DNA of 64,000 nucleotides from Escherichia coli (GTDB lineage Bacteria; Pseudomonadota; Gammaproteobacteria; Enterobacterales; Enterobacteriaceae): NCBI RefSeq assembly GCF_050920415.1, contig NZ_CP169309.1. One strand, 5' to 3'. This document shows positions 12,336 through 20,984 of this stretch, one piece after another. The translations under genes were made by a program, and so were the position numbers. The stretch's first letter is position 1. Every line of letters begins with the position of its first letter. The notes under the pieces are model-generated. The model saw nothing but the letters and a program-made list of their open reading frames with translations, ran no database searches and had not been told where the DNA came from.

Positions 12336-13127
12336 TTAATGGAGAAGTGCTTTTTCTAATTCCGCTATTTTTTTCTTAACTAAATTGCTTAATATTTCAT
12401 CATTAATCGAGTCTATCTCACTTTCAATTAATCTTATTTCAAAATATCTTTCTATGTTATATGCATTCTCAAATATTTGATCTTTTTGTTTAGAGATCAG
12501 TTTAGTTGCAATACGGATATGTTCGTCATATGAAACTTCATCCTCTTTGCACGTTGAATATTTATCAGTAGTTGTATAATCCTGTGACCACATACCACCT
12601 TTTTTATTATCCCTATAATACCACTGAATATGAGACATTTCATGACATAAAGTAGCAACATGAGAATCCTTTCCCGTTACTGGATTTTTTTTGCCATCTC
12701 TATACTCAAATTTTGCGCCTATGTTAATTATATAGGGCATATCCTTACTTGGGCTGACGAATGCTGCAAATTCATTACAACCTGTATAATTTATAAAACT
12801 GCTCATTGTTAAATCATTAGCTATAATCATTAATCTTCTCACACCATCCATCATAAGAAATCTAGCATTCATGCGCCTGCCTGTATTATGTCCATATTTT
12901 CTTATATTAACTTCCTTATTTCCTTTAACACCAAAGATCTTACTGAAATCATATTCCTCCTGTGCTCCCCATCTCAAAAGATCATCTGCTCTTTTTATCA
13001 AAACCAACTTTTGTGCCTTACGAGCCTTATCAATCATTATTTTAAAATGATCAGTTATTTTTTGCTCTTTCACACATTCTTCTGGCTCTGGCTTTGGTTG
13101 TCCAGAAGTTTGATTATTATCGTCCAT
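12336..13127 (-). CDS. putative T6SS effector, zincin-like metallopeptidase (HExxH motif), vgrG-linked
   Basis: HEMSH in ATLCHEMSHIQWY; no signal peptide; probable start MDDNNQ at 13127 overlaps the vgrG stop by 11 bp; conserved C-terminal ENAYNIERYFEI shared with the paralogue. Confidence 0.55.
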   Translation of the reverse strand: MDDNNQTSGQPKPEPEECVKEQKITDHFKIMIDKARKAQKLVLIKRADDLLRWGAQEEYDFSKIFGVKGNKEVNIRKYGHNTGRRMNARFLMMDGVRRLMIIANDLTMSSFINYTGCNEFAAFVSPSKDMPYIINIGAKFEYRDGKKNPVTGKDSHVATLCHEMSHIQWYYRDNKKGGMWSQDYTTTDKYSTCKEDEVSYDEHIRIATKLISKQKDQIFENAYNIERYFEIRLIESEIDSINDEILSNLVKKKIAELEKALLH

Positions 13128-15522
13128 AGTGTCCTTCCATTGAGAGAAAATCATCATTCGCAAATAGCAACTTCACTTTAATTTCATGTTTGCTAGATAC
13201 AAAAAAACGCTCTGTATACCCCTCTTCATCCGTTTCTCCGCGGGTCTGCGTGCCATCCTCAAAGAAGGCAATGTAGCGGGTTTCTGAATACGGTATCCCG
13301 TCATCGTCTGTAAAATGGAACTGGAGAGTATATTTTTCAGGTTCATCCTCATCGTCACCTCGATCATCACCACCACTTCCGGTCACGCAGTTCCCTCCAG
13401 AGTTTTCATTTTCTTCTCCGGAATCACTGCCATCACCACTCTTCTCATCCCCCAGTGTCTTCAGCACCGCCGGTTGCAGCGTCGGTACAGGCGTCCCCGG
13501 ACTGCCTCCCCCGTTCAGATTTATCTTCGGCCCCACTATATCCACGCCCCCTGAATGGATGACCACAAACGAGCCACCCAACTTCAGGCTTATCCGGCTG
13601 CTGCTCTCCAGCACGATATCCCCGTCCACCTTTATCCCCAGCGCACCACTCACCTTCCTCGCCAGGTCGCCTTTCACCTCCAGGCTGTGTTTTCCCTCCA
13701 CCAGGCTGATGTGGTTTCCTGTCGTTTTGTGCTCCTGCTTCCCTTCCACCGTCACCTTTCGGTCGTTTCTGACGTACAGACCGTCATCGTGGCTGACGTT
13801 CACCCGCCGGTCGTTCGTCACCTTCAGCGTCTGGTCGTTGCGCACCGTGATGCTCCGGTCATGGGCCACCGTGATACTCTGGTCGTGGCCCCCTTCTTTT
13901 CTGGTGCCGACCTCAACCGTCTGCCCCTTCACCACCCTTATCTTCTGGTCGTTACCGATGGTCTCCGTATGGTCATGCTTCACGTCCGTCGTCCGGTCGT
14001 TAAGCACCTCCGTGTCCATGTTCTTCTGCGCGTGGATATACACCTGCTCACTGTCCGTCGCATCCTCGAAACGCAGTTCATTAAAGCCGCTTCCTTTATA
14101 GGTCTTCGAGCGGATGGTCATCTGCGTCCGCGTGCCCGGTAAATCCCCCGGTGAACGGTTATCTTCATGGTAGGTCCGCCCCGTCACAATGGGCTGGTCC
14201 GGGTCTCCGTTCAGAAAGTCCACTATCACTTCCTGACCCACACGCGGTATCGCCAGATTGCCGAACCCCGGTCCCGCCCATGCCTGCGACACCCGTATCC
14301 AGCATGAACTCTCCTCCGTCATCCCGTGATAACGGTCCCAGTGAAACTTCACCCGTACCCGGCCATGCTCGTCGCAGAATATCTCCTCGCCCTTCGGCCC
14401 GGTCACGATGGCACTCTGCGGGCCGTCCACCTTCGGCTTCGGCAGCGGCGCGTGACGCCACGTCCTGTCTGCCGGTATCACCTCAAACTGGTTACTCAGC
14501 GTCGTCCCTTCACCGTGACTGCCGTGCAGCGCCTGCGGCTGTTCTCCCCGCAGTGTGCTTCCCACAACCTGCCATTCCCGGTTCAGCGTATCCGACGGGT
14601 GACCCGACAGGGTAAACCGCGTTCCCGGCCACAGCCGCGCCGTGTTACACACCCCGCTCGCCGTCTCCGCCCCGTTCCGCCACCCTTCCGTCTGGTAACG
14701 CGCAAAATCCTGGCCATGCTGCTCATCCTTGAAACGCCCCGGATAATCAAATATCTCGTACTGCGTTCCCTGCCCGTTCAGGCTCTCCCCGTCATGGCTG
14801 TAGTACCCCGGCCACCCCGGCACTTTAAACGTATAATCCTGCGTCTCCACCGACGCCACGCTTATCTGCGCACGGTAACGAAACTCACTGATGTACTCCG
14901 TCGTTCCCCCGGTCGTCGTGTTCGGGTTAAACGCCAGCGCCCCCATTCCCGTCAGCCCCGCCACGTCATCACACACCGCCAGCTTCTGTTCCGGCCCGTC
15001 CTGACTGCAGCGTTCATAAAAGAAGATACCTTCCTCCGCCCACAGCCGGGTCAGGAACGCCAGGTCGCTCTCCCCGTACTGCACGCAGAACTCCCGCGCC
15101 GGATGGTCTTCATAAAACAGCGGCATCCACGCCGTCACCCCGTTCTCTCTCAGAAGCTGTGCTGATATCGTCCCGATGTCCTGCTGCTGGAAGATACGGA
15201 AGTTCTGCCGTAACCCTGCCCGCCACAGCGGCGGGCTGATGCTCAGGGAATAACGCATCTGCCAGTCGTTGTTCTCACCGAGCTGCACCTCCGTCACGAT
15301 ACCGCTGACGTAACGCTGTGCAGTGTCGCCCTGCCAGACCGTCAGCACCGCGCTTTTCTCCAGAAAATCCTCCGCCGTCAGGTCGGACAGCCCGCTGGCG
15401 ATATCCACATCCAGGATGAACGGTGTGCAGTGGTGCTGGTACAGACGGAAGCTCACCACCGCCGTCGCCATCTCCACGATGTCGTCCACCGACAGCGTGA
15501 AACGTAATCCTTCTGAGGACAT
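13117..15522 (-). CDS. vgrG: T6SS spike protein VgrG with C-terminal extension (Gly/Asp/Glu-rich linker plus TTR-like adaptor domain)
   Basis: gp27/gp5-like core (LRFTLSVDD..., octapeptide beta-helix repeats KIRVVKGQTVEVGTRKEGGHDQSITVAHDRSITVRND...); likely start MSSEGLRFTL at 15522 (ORF track begins at 15555). Confidence 0.85.
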   Translation of the reverse strand: MSSEGLRFTLSVDDIVEMATAVVSFRLYQHHCTPFILDVDIASGLSDLTAEDFLEKSAVLTVWQGDTAQRYVSGIVTEVQLGENNDWQMRYSLSISPPLWRAGLRQNFRIFQQQDIGTISAQLLRENGVTAWMPLFYEDHPAREFCVQYGESDLAFLTRLWAEEGIFFYERCSQDGPEQKLAVCDDVAGLTGMGALAFNPNTTTGGTTEYISEFRYRAQISVASVETQDYTFKVPGWPGYYSHDGESLNGQGTQYEIFDYPGRFKDEQHGQDFARYQTEGWRNGAETASGVCNTARLWPGTRFTLSGHPSDTLNREWQVVGSTLRGEQPQALHGSHGEGTTLSNQFEVIPADRTWRHAPLPKPKVDGPQSAIVTGPKGEEIFCDEHGRVRVKFHWDRYHGMTEESSCWIRVSQAWAGPGFGNLAIPRVGQEVIVDFLNGDPDQPIVTGRTYHEDNRSPGDLPGTRTQMTIRSKTYKGSGFNELRFEDATDSEQVYIHAQKNMDTEVLNDRTTDVKHDHTETIGNDQKIRVVKGQTVEVGTRKEGGHDQSITVAHDRSITVRNDQTLKVTNDRRVNVSHDDGLYVRNDRKVTVEGKQEHKTTGNHISLVEGKHSLEVKGDLARKVSGALGIKVDGDIVLESSSRISLKLGGSFVVIHSGGVDIVGPKINLNGGGSPGTPVPTLQPAVLKTLGDEKSGDGSDSGEENENSGGNCVTGSGGDDRGDDEDEPEKYTLQFHFTDDDGIPYSETRYIAFFEDGTQTRGETDEEGYTERFFVSSKHEIKVKLLFANDDFLSMEGHYGR

Positions 15523-15805
15523 ATAAACCCCATAGCTACCGCACTCATGGTGCAAACCCTACAGAATTATAAGAAAGACTTAAGTGAGATATCCGTCAGA
15601 TAGCAACTATTAGGAAAATATTTATATACATTTCATGAATACATTCATTAATACCGAGATGTTTTTGTCTATATAAACAGAGCAAGCTAACGTCCTCACT
15701 CCATGAAAGAAACTACGTAGGGGCCTTTCGGTCCATAACAACTTTTTCCCTGTTATATCCTGACGTTCTGGTCTACTGGTGTAGTCATGCATATTGCAAC
15801 GTTCT

Positions 15806-15915
15806 ACCCATGGAAAGATAAATAAAGCCAGCTCTCCGCAAGGACTGAAGCGAGGTGCTTTCTGTCCATAGCTGCTTTTCGCAACTTACTCCTTAACCCA
15901 ACACTGAATTTCTTA
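15806..15915 (-). mobile_element. short H-repeat (ISAs1-family) 3'-end remnant, direct repeat of 10976-11065
   Basis: About 110 bp about 85% identical to the 3' end of the H-repeat fragment at 10976..11340 (..CCGCAAGGACTGA..CTTTCTGTCCAT.GCTGCTTTTCGCA..); encodes ..[25 protein letters not shown]. Confidence 0.45.
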
Positions 15916-16055
15916 TGATTTGTCACAGTATGAACTTTTAATTTCATACATTGCTCTTTAGTCAATAGAAGAAAAATAAGCACCCTCTCCCAAACGACAC
16001 AAATAACCTGCAAATGGGAAATGACTTATTACTTAGAAATTTGCAGAGATATAAA

Positions 16056-16337
16056 TCACGAGATATATCCACCTTTTGAGTTAACAGTTACAGACGTTAT
16101 AACATTATCTTTTATCCAGATATCAACAAAAAAGTCCTTACCACAATAAAGACATTCACAATATCCTTCAGAGATAAAGTTGTCCTTAAGTTTATTTCTG
16201 GTTATATTAATAAGTTTATCGCCAGGATTGTAATGTACTAAATTTCCAGATGGCACAAACATCTCAATTTCACACTGTCCTGACGTTCCACATCGAGGGC
16301 AAACGCACCATGCTTTCAATAAATCATAATTCGACAT
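16056..16337 (-). CDS. hypothetical Cys-rich zinc-ribbon-like small protein
   Basis: 93-aa ORF with two Cys clusters (CVCPRCG and CECLYCG); located between ybbP and vgrG. Confidence 0.35.
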   Translation of the reverse strand: MSNYDLLKAWCVCPRCGTSGQCEIEMFVPSGNLVHYNPGDKLINITRNKLKDNFISEGYCECLYCGKDFFVDIWIKDNVITSVTVNSKGGYIS

Positions 16338-16387
16338 TATATTACCTTAATTTATTTCACATCAGCATCCCCCCTTGCAAACCACAA

Positions 16388-16744
16388 CTAAACTATTCCC
16401 ATAAAATACAACGAGATAATTTTACTGTTAAACGTACATTCACAAAACTCAGGGGAAGAAAAATGACCATCAGTCAAAAATAAAGATAGTTTGCTTAGTG
16501 CGTAATCAATTGAATCAAGCGACAAGTATAATTTTATTACTAGTGAGTTCTGTATCAGGACATCATTTTCATTGGGGGATTGTAAAAGTAATAAATTTTT
16601 ATACGCTACAGGTGATCTGTTTTCCAGTCTAATAGGTTTGCTTGCTTCCGTCTCCAATAAACTATAAAGAGCACAAACCATCTCATGAGCATCATCTTTC
16701 TCAAAATGTAAATGAAACCCGCCCAGAGATTTATTAGCAATCAT
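16388..16744 (-). CDS. hypothetical protein
   Basis: 118-aa ORF from the ORF track in the AT-rich island flank; no recognisable motif. Confidence 0.3.
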   Translation of the reverse strand: MIANKSLGGFHLHFEKDDAHEMVCALYSLLETEASKPIRLENRSPVAYKNLLLLQSPNENDVLIQNSLVIKLYLSLDSIDYALSKLSLFLTDGHFSSPEFCECTFNSKIISLYFMGIV

Positions 16745-16841
16745 AATACGTTTCTAAAGTTGATTTGAAATTTTGCATTTCATGCTCATCAAAAAAATAA
16801 ATATATTTTAACTACAAAGCAAACATCACAGCGCATAGCGG

Positions 16842-17057
16842 TTAATATTCTACCTTAACGACTTTCATTCCTCTTTCAATCATACCATTAATTAATTGAT
16901 AATACTCTTTATCCCCTACATCTACTATTAGAATATGTCCGGTAAGTTCATTGATGAATAAATACTCAGGTTCCTCATCTGTACCAGCATTTGAAATAAC
17001 CCAACCTGGATCAGTACCATCTATAAAAAACTCCCACTCTTTAAAATTAACACTCAT
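16842..17057 (-). CDS. hypothetical small acidic protein (possible orphan immunity protein)
   Basis: 71-aa ORF, compact acidic protein, AT-rich context next to a polymorphic-toxin island. Confidence 0.3.
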   Translation of the reverse strand: MSVNFKEWEFFIDGTDPGWVISNAGTDEEPEYLFINELTGHILIVDVGDKEYYQLINGMIERGMKVVKVEY

Positions 17058-17179
17058 TTAATCCTCCTTTTTATACTCGCAAGAAAAGGAGAGTATCGTT
17101 TCTAACTCTGAAATAAAAGTATGATAAAAGACAGGACCTGGCCTCATTGAATGTTATTTCTCAATTCTTGATAGTTTTT

Positions 17180-17280
17180 GCCGGATGCGGCTTGAACGCT
17201 TATCTGGCCTACACAATCTTGCAAAATCAATATATTGCACGCTCTTCGTAGACCAGATAAGCGTAGCGCATCAGGCAATC
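17180..17280. repeat. REP/BIME-type palindromic units downstream of ybbP
   Basis: GCCGGATGCGGCTTGAACGCTTATCTGGCCTAC and CAGATAAGCGTAGCGCATCAGGC are REP consensus-like hairpins. Confidence 0.55.
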
Positions 17281-17292
17281 TAACACCTGTCA

Positions 17293-19707
17293 TCACCCCG
17301 CAAACTGCCTGAACAGCGCCTTACCCTTAACCAGTCGCGCACCCAACCAGCCGCCGAAAAGCGACAGCAGCAGTGCACCGCTACAAGGCAGAACAATCCA
17401 CAATCGCCAGTCTGGCTCCCACGGGAAATCAAACACTTTTGATTGCAGTACCGCCAGTGCCGTTTCCGCACCAATTGCGGCCACCAGGCCGGAGACAAAC
17501 CCGAGCATGGCGAACTCACACCACAATGTCGTGCGCAGCAGTTTTTTGCCCGCACCGAGAGTGCGCCACACCACCAGCTCCTGATGACGCTGACGCATTC
17601 CCACCTGCACCTGTGCCAGCAACAGCAACATACCGCAGGCGGTGACCAGCACCACCATCACTTCCAGCGCCCGACTTACCTGCTCCAGCACCTGACCGAC
17701 CTGTTTTAAAATCGCGCCAATGTCTAACAGGCTAATGGTCGGGAACTGGCGGTTGAGTTGCGTCAACATGCCGTTGCCATTCTCCCAGCGGAAACTGGTA
17801 AGCCAGCTCTGCGGTTGCCCGTCTAATGCCCCTTCCGGGAAAATAAAATAGAAATTAGGCCGCAGACTTTCCCAGTCCACTTTGCGCAGGCTGGTCACTT
17901 TAGCGCGGAACTCCTGGGTATCGCCCATAAAGGTGACGGTATCGCCGAGGGTAACATTTAAGCGTTTCGCCAGCCCCTCTTCCATCGATACTTCATCGGC
18001 TTTTGGCGGCCAGTTACCAGCGACAATCGGATTATGATCGGGCCGCGTATTTTGCCAGGTGAGATTGAGTTCGCGGTTGAGCGCCTCATCTTCATTGCCT
18101 TCTGTCGGCTTGCCGTTAATCGCCGTCAGCCGCGCCCGCACCACCGGATAAAACGATTCCGGGACTATCTGATGTTCCGCGAGGAACGCTTTTAGCGGAG
18201 TAACCTGTTCTGTGGCGATGTTGATTAAAAAGTAGTTAGGACTTTCTGGCGGTAGCTGCTGTTGCCAGCGATCGAGCAGATCGCCACGCAACACCAGCAA
18301 CAGTGCCAGCAGCATAAAGGAGAGCGAAAATGCCGAAAGCTGGCTTAACGTTGACCACGGCTGACGTAACAGGCGGCTAACCGCCAGGCGCAGAGGCAGC
18401 GATTTCAGCGTCATGCGGCGAAGTACATTCAGCAGCATCCAGCCCAGGACACCGCACAGCAAAGCTAGTACTATCGCGCCCGCCAGCACCGCCCAGAGCA
18501 GCATACTGCCGCCCATCAGTCCGGCGAGCAGCAGCACAACCACCACACTGACAATCGGCAGATAAAACTTGAGCGGCCAGACGTTCGCTACCACATCATT
18601 ACGTAATACGCGTAAAGGCTGCGTTGCCAGCAACAAGCGGTACGGTCGTAGCCCCACCAGCAGCGAGATGACCGTCATGGTGCCAAGCGCCCACAGCCAT
18701 GGCCAGAGGCTGGCAGGCGGTAGTGCGGCAGGCAGAACGGGCTTGAGCAGTACCATCAACACGTTTTCGAACAACAGGCCTATCGCCCCGCCGGTAACGG
18801 CTGAAAGCGCCAGCACCATCAGCCACTGACCGACGATTAGCTTACGCAGTTGCGCTCGCCCAGCCCCCAGCGTTTTGAGGATCGCCACCAGATCGTAGCG
18901 ACTACGACAGTAATGATTCATCGCCACCGCCACCGCTGCCACTGCCAGCAGCAAGGTCAGAAGCGCCGAAAGCAGCAGAAACTGTTGCGAGCGTTCCATC
19001 GATCGCCCCAGCGCGCCTTCGTCCTGTTCCAGACCGTACCAGCGTTGTTCGGGTTTAAGCTGGGGTAACAACCATTTCTCATAGCCGTCGAGCTGGTTCT
19101 CGCTGCCGCCGAATTTATAGCGCCAGGTGACCCGACTCCCCGGCTGCACGGCTCCGGTTTTATCGACATCCGCCAGATTCATCATCAGACGCGGAGCCAT
19201 CTGGAAGGGGTTAAAACCGGAATCCGGTTCCTGAATCACTTCTCCGGCAATCCGCAAGGTGGCATCGCCCACGTCAATGGTGTCGCCTGTTTTCAGGTTA
19301 AGCAGTGCCATCAGGCGTGGGGCCAGCAATACGCTGCCCGCCTGCGGTTTCAGGCCAGGGGGATTGGTTTGCAGATCGCCATACATCGGGTAGATATCAT
19401 CCACCGCTTTAACATTCGCCAGCTGCGGCGTATCGCCCGCAAAAGTCATCGTGGCGAAAGTCAGCTGCTTGCCGACTTTCAGGCCGCGCTTTTGCGCTTC
19501 CTCCAGCCACGCTTGCGGCACTTCGCGTGAACTGCGCAACGCCCGATCGCCCGCCATAAACTCACGGCTTTGCTGGCTTAAGCCCTTCTCCATGCGATCG
19601 CTGATATTGCCCAGCGCCAGCACGCAGGCCACCGCCAGGCTTAGCGCCAGCCAGACAATTAATAGCGACGGCGAGCGCCATTCGCGCCAGAACCAACGTG
19701 CAATCAT
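17293..19707 (-). CDS. ybbP: ABC transporter permease (FtsX-like, two permease domains)
   Basis: About 804 aa from MIARWFWREWRSPSLLIVWLALSL; overlaps ybbA by 4 bp. Confidence 0.88.
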   Translation of the reverse strand: MIARWFWREWRSPSLLIVWLALSLAVACVLALGNISDRMEKGLSQQSREFMAGDRALRSSREVPQAWLEEAQKRGLKVGKQLTFATMTFAGDTPQLANVKAVDDIYPMYGDLQTNPPGLKPQAGSVLLAPRLMALLNLKTGDTIDVGDATLRIAGEVIQEPDSGFNPFQMAPRLMMNLADVDKTGAVQPGSRVTWRYKFGGSENQLDGYEKWLLPQLKPEQRWYGLEQDEGALGRSMERSQQFLLLSALLTLLLAVAAVAVAMNHYCRSRYDLVAILKTLGAGRAQLRKLIVGQWLMVLALSAVTGGAIGLLFENVLMVLLKPVLPAALPPASLWPWLWALGTMTVISLLVGLRPYRLLLATQPLRVLRNDVVANVWPLKFYLPIVSVVVVLLLAGLMGGSMLLWAVLAGAIVLALLCGVLGWMLLNVLRRMTLKSLPLRLAVSRLLRQPWSTLSQLSAFSLSFMLLALLLVLRGDLLDRWQQQLPPESPNYFLINIATEQVTPLKAFLAEHQIVPESFYPVVRARLTAINGKPTEGNEDEALNRELNLTWQNTRPDHNPIVAGNWPPKADEVSMEEGLAKRLNVTLGDTVTFMGDTQEFRAKVTSLRKVDWESLRPNFYFIFPEGALDGQPQSWLTSFRWENGNGMLTQLNRQFPTISLLDIGAILKQVGQVLEQVSRALEVMVVLVTACGMLLLLAQVQVGMRQRHQELVVWRTLGAGKKLLRTTLWCEFAMLGFVSGLVAAIGAETALAVLQSKVFDFPWEPDWRLWIVLPCSGALLLSLFGGWLGARLVKGKALFRQFAG

Positions 19708-20390
19708 GCTTCCTCCTGCAACTGCCCGTTCACCAGCCGTAAGCAGCGGTCGCAACGTGCCGCCAGTTGAAGGTCGTGGGTCACCATAATCAACGTGGTG
19801 CCATGTTCACGGTTGAGAGAAAACAGCAGGTCGGCAATTTTATCGCCTGTCTGGCGGTCAAGGTTGCCGGTGGGTTCGTCGGCAAACAGCACATCAGGCC
19901 GACCGTTAAAGGCACGCGCCAGCGCCACTCGTTGCTGTTCGCCGCCGGAAAGCTGTGCCGGAAGATGATCAAGACGTTTACCCAGCCCTAACTGTTCGAG
20001 CAACGCTTTCGCCCCATTACGACTTTCCACGCTACTCTCACCGCGCAGCAGCGCCGGAAGCTCGACGTTTTCCAGCGCGTTAAGGGTAGGAATTAACATA
20101 AATGACTGAAAAACAAAGCCTACGTGCTTCGCGCGCAACTTTGCCCGCGCTTCTTCGTCCATATTATGTAGCGGTTGTCCCACCAGATTTACTTCGCCAC
20201 TGCTGCCGTCATCCAGTCCGGCGAGGATCGCCAGCAACGTTGACTTACCCGATCCCGACTCGCCTACCAGCGCGATGGTCTCGCCACGTTTGACAACCAG
20301 CTCAACTCCGGTGAGGATGGAGAGTTCATGCTCCCCCTGACCGACGGACTTCTTAAGATGATGAACTTCAACAATGTTTTCCGCTGGCAT
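19704..20390 (-). CDS. ybbA: ABC transporter ATP-binding protein
   Basis: 228-aa ORF with Walker A GESGSGKST, signature LSGGEQQR and Walker B LFADEPTGNLD. Confidence 0.88.
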   Translation of the reverse strand: MPAENIVEVHHLKKSVGQGEHELSILTGVELVVKRGETIALVGESGSGKSTLLAILAGLDDGSSGEVNLVGQPLHNMDEEARAKLRAKHVGFVFQSFMLIPTLNALENVELPALLRGESSVESRNGAKALLEQLGLGKRLDHLPAQLSGGEQQRVALARAFNGRPDVLFADEPTGNLDRQTGDKIADLLFSLNREHGTTLIMVTHDLQLAARCDRCLRLVNGQLQEEA

Positions 20391-20984
20391 TTGCCCTTCC
20401 TGTTCCTGGTCCTGTTAACCTTCCGTGCCGCCGCAGCGGACACGTTATTGATTCTGGGTGATAGCCTGAGCGCCGGGTATCGAATGTCTGCCAGCGCGGC
20501 CTGGCCTGCCTTGTTGAATGATAAGTGGCAGAGTAAAACGTCGGTAGTCAATGCCAGCATCAGCGGCGACACCTCGCAACAAGGGCTGGCGCGCCTTCCG
20601 GCTCTGCTGAAACAGCATCAGCCGCGCTGGGTGCTGGTAGAACTGGGCGGCAATGACGGTTTGCGTGGTTTTCAGCCACAGCAAACCGAGCAAACGCTGC
20701 GCCAGATTTTGCAGGATGTCAAAGCCGCCAACGCTGAACCATTGTTAATGCAAATACGTCTGCCTGCAAACTATGGTCGCCGTTATAATGAAGCCTTTAG
20801 CGCCATTTACCCCAAACTCGCCAAAGAGTTTGATGTTCCGCTGCTGCCCTTTTTTATGGAAGAGGTCTACCTCAAGCCACAATGGATGCAGGATGACGGT
20901 ATTCATCCCAACCGCGACGCCCAGCCGTTTATTGCCGACTGGATGGCGAAGCAGTTGCAGCCTTTAGTAAATCATGACTCATAA
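20358..20984 (+). CDS. tesA: multifunctional acyl-CoA thioesterase I / protease I / lysophospholipase L1 (SGNH hydrolase)
   Basis: Start MMNFNNVFRWHLPFLFLVLLTFRAAAADTLLILGDSLSAGY (signal peptide plus GDSL motif); divergent from ybbA. Confidence 0.88.
   Translation: MMNFNNVFRWHLPFLFLVLLTFRAAAADTLLILGDSLSAGYRMSASAAWPALLNDKWQSKTSVVNASISGDTSQQGLARLPALLKQHQPRWVLVELGGNDGLRGFQPQQTEQTLRQILQDVKAANAEPLLMQIRLPANYGRRYNEAFSAIYPKLAKEFDVPLLPFFMEEVYLKPQWMQDDGIHPNRDAQPFIADWMAKQLQPLVNHDS

Noticed and set aside
13117-15522. Rhs core protein in place of K-12 rhsD
   Set aside because: The large protein has gp27/gp5-like VgrG architecture with octapeptide beta-helix repeats and no YD-repeat or RHS core signature, so it is VgrG, not Rhs.
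13173-15526. Plus-strand ORFs antisense to vgrG (for example 13555..14142, 14326..15165) and overlapping ORFs 13173..13376, 14165..14461
   Set aside because: They overlap the well-supported vgrG frame on the opposite strand or in other frames; Arg/Pro-rich low-complexity translations typical of antisense reading of a Gly/Thr-rich gene.
17280-17555. ORF 17280..17555 (91 aa) and 17373..17709 plus-strand ORFs at the ybbP 3' end
   Set aside because: Overlap the ybbP coding frame; Cys/Arg-rich artefactual translations.
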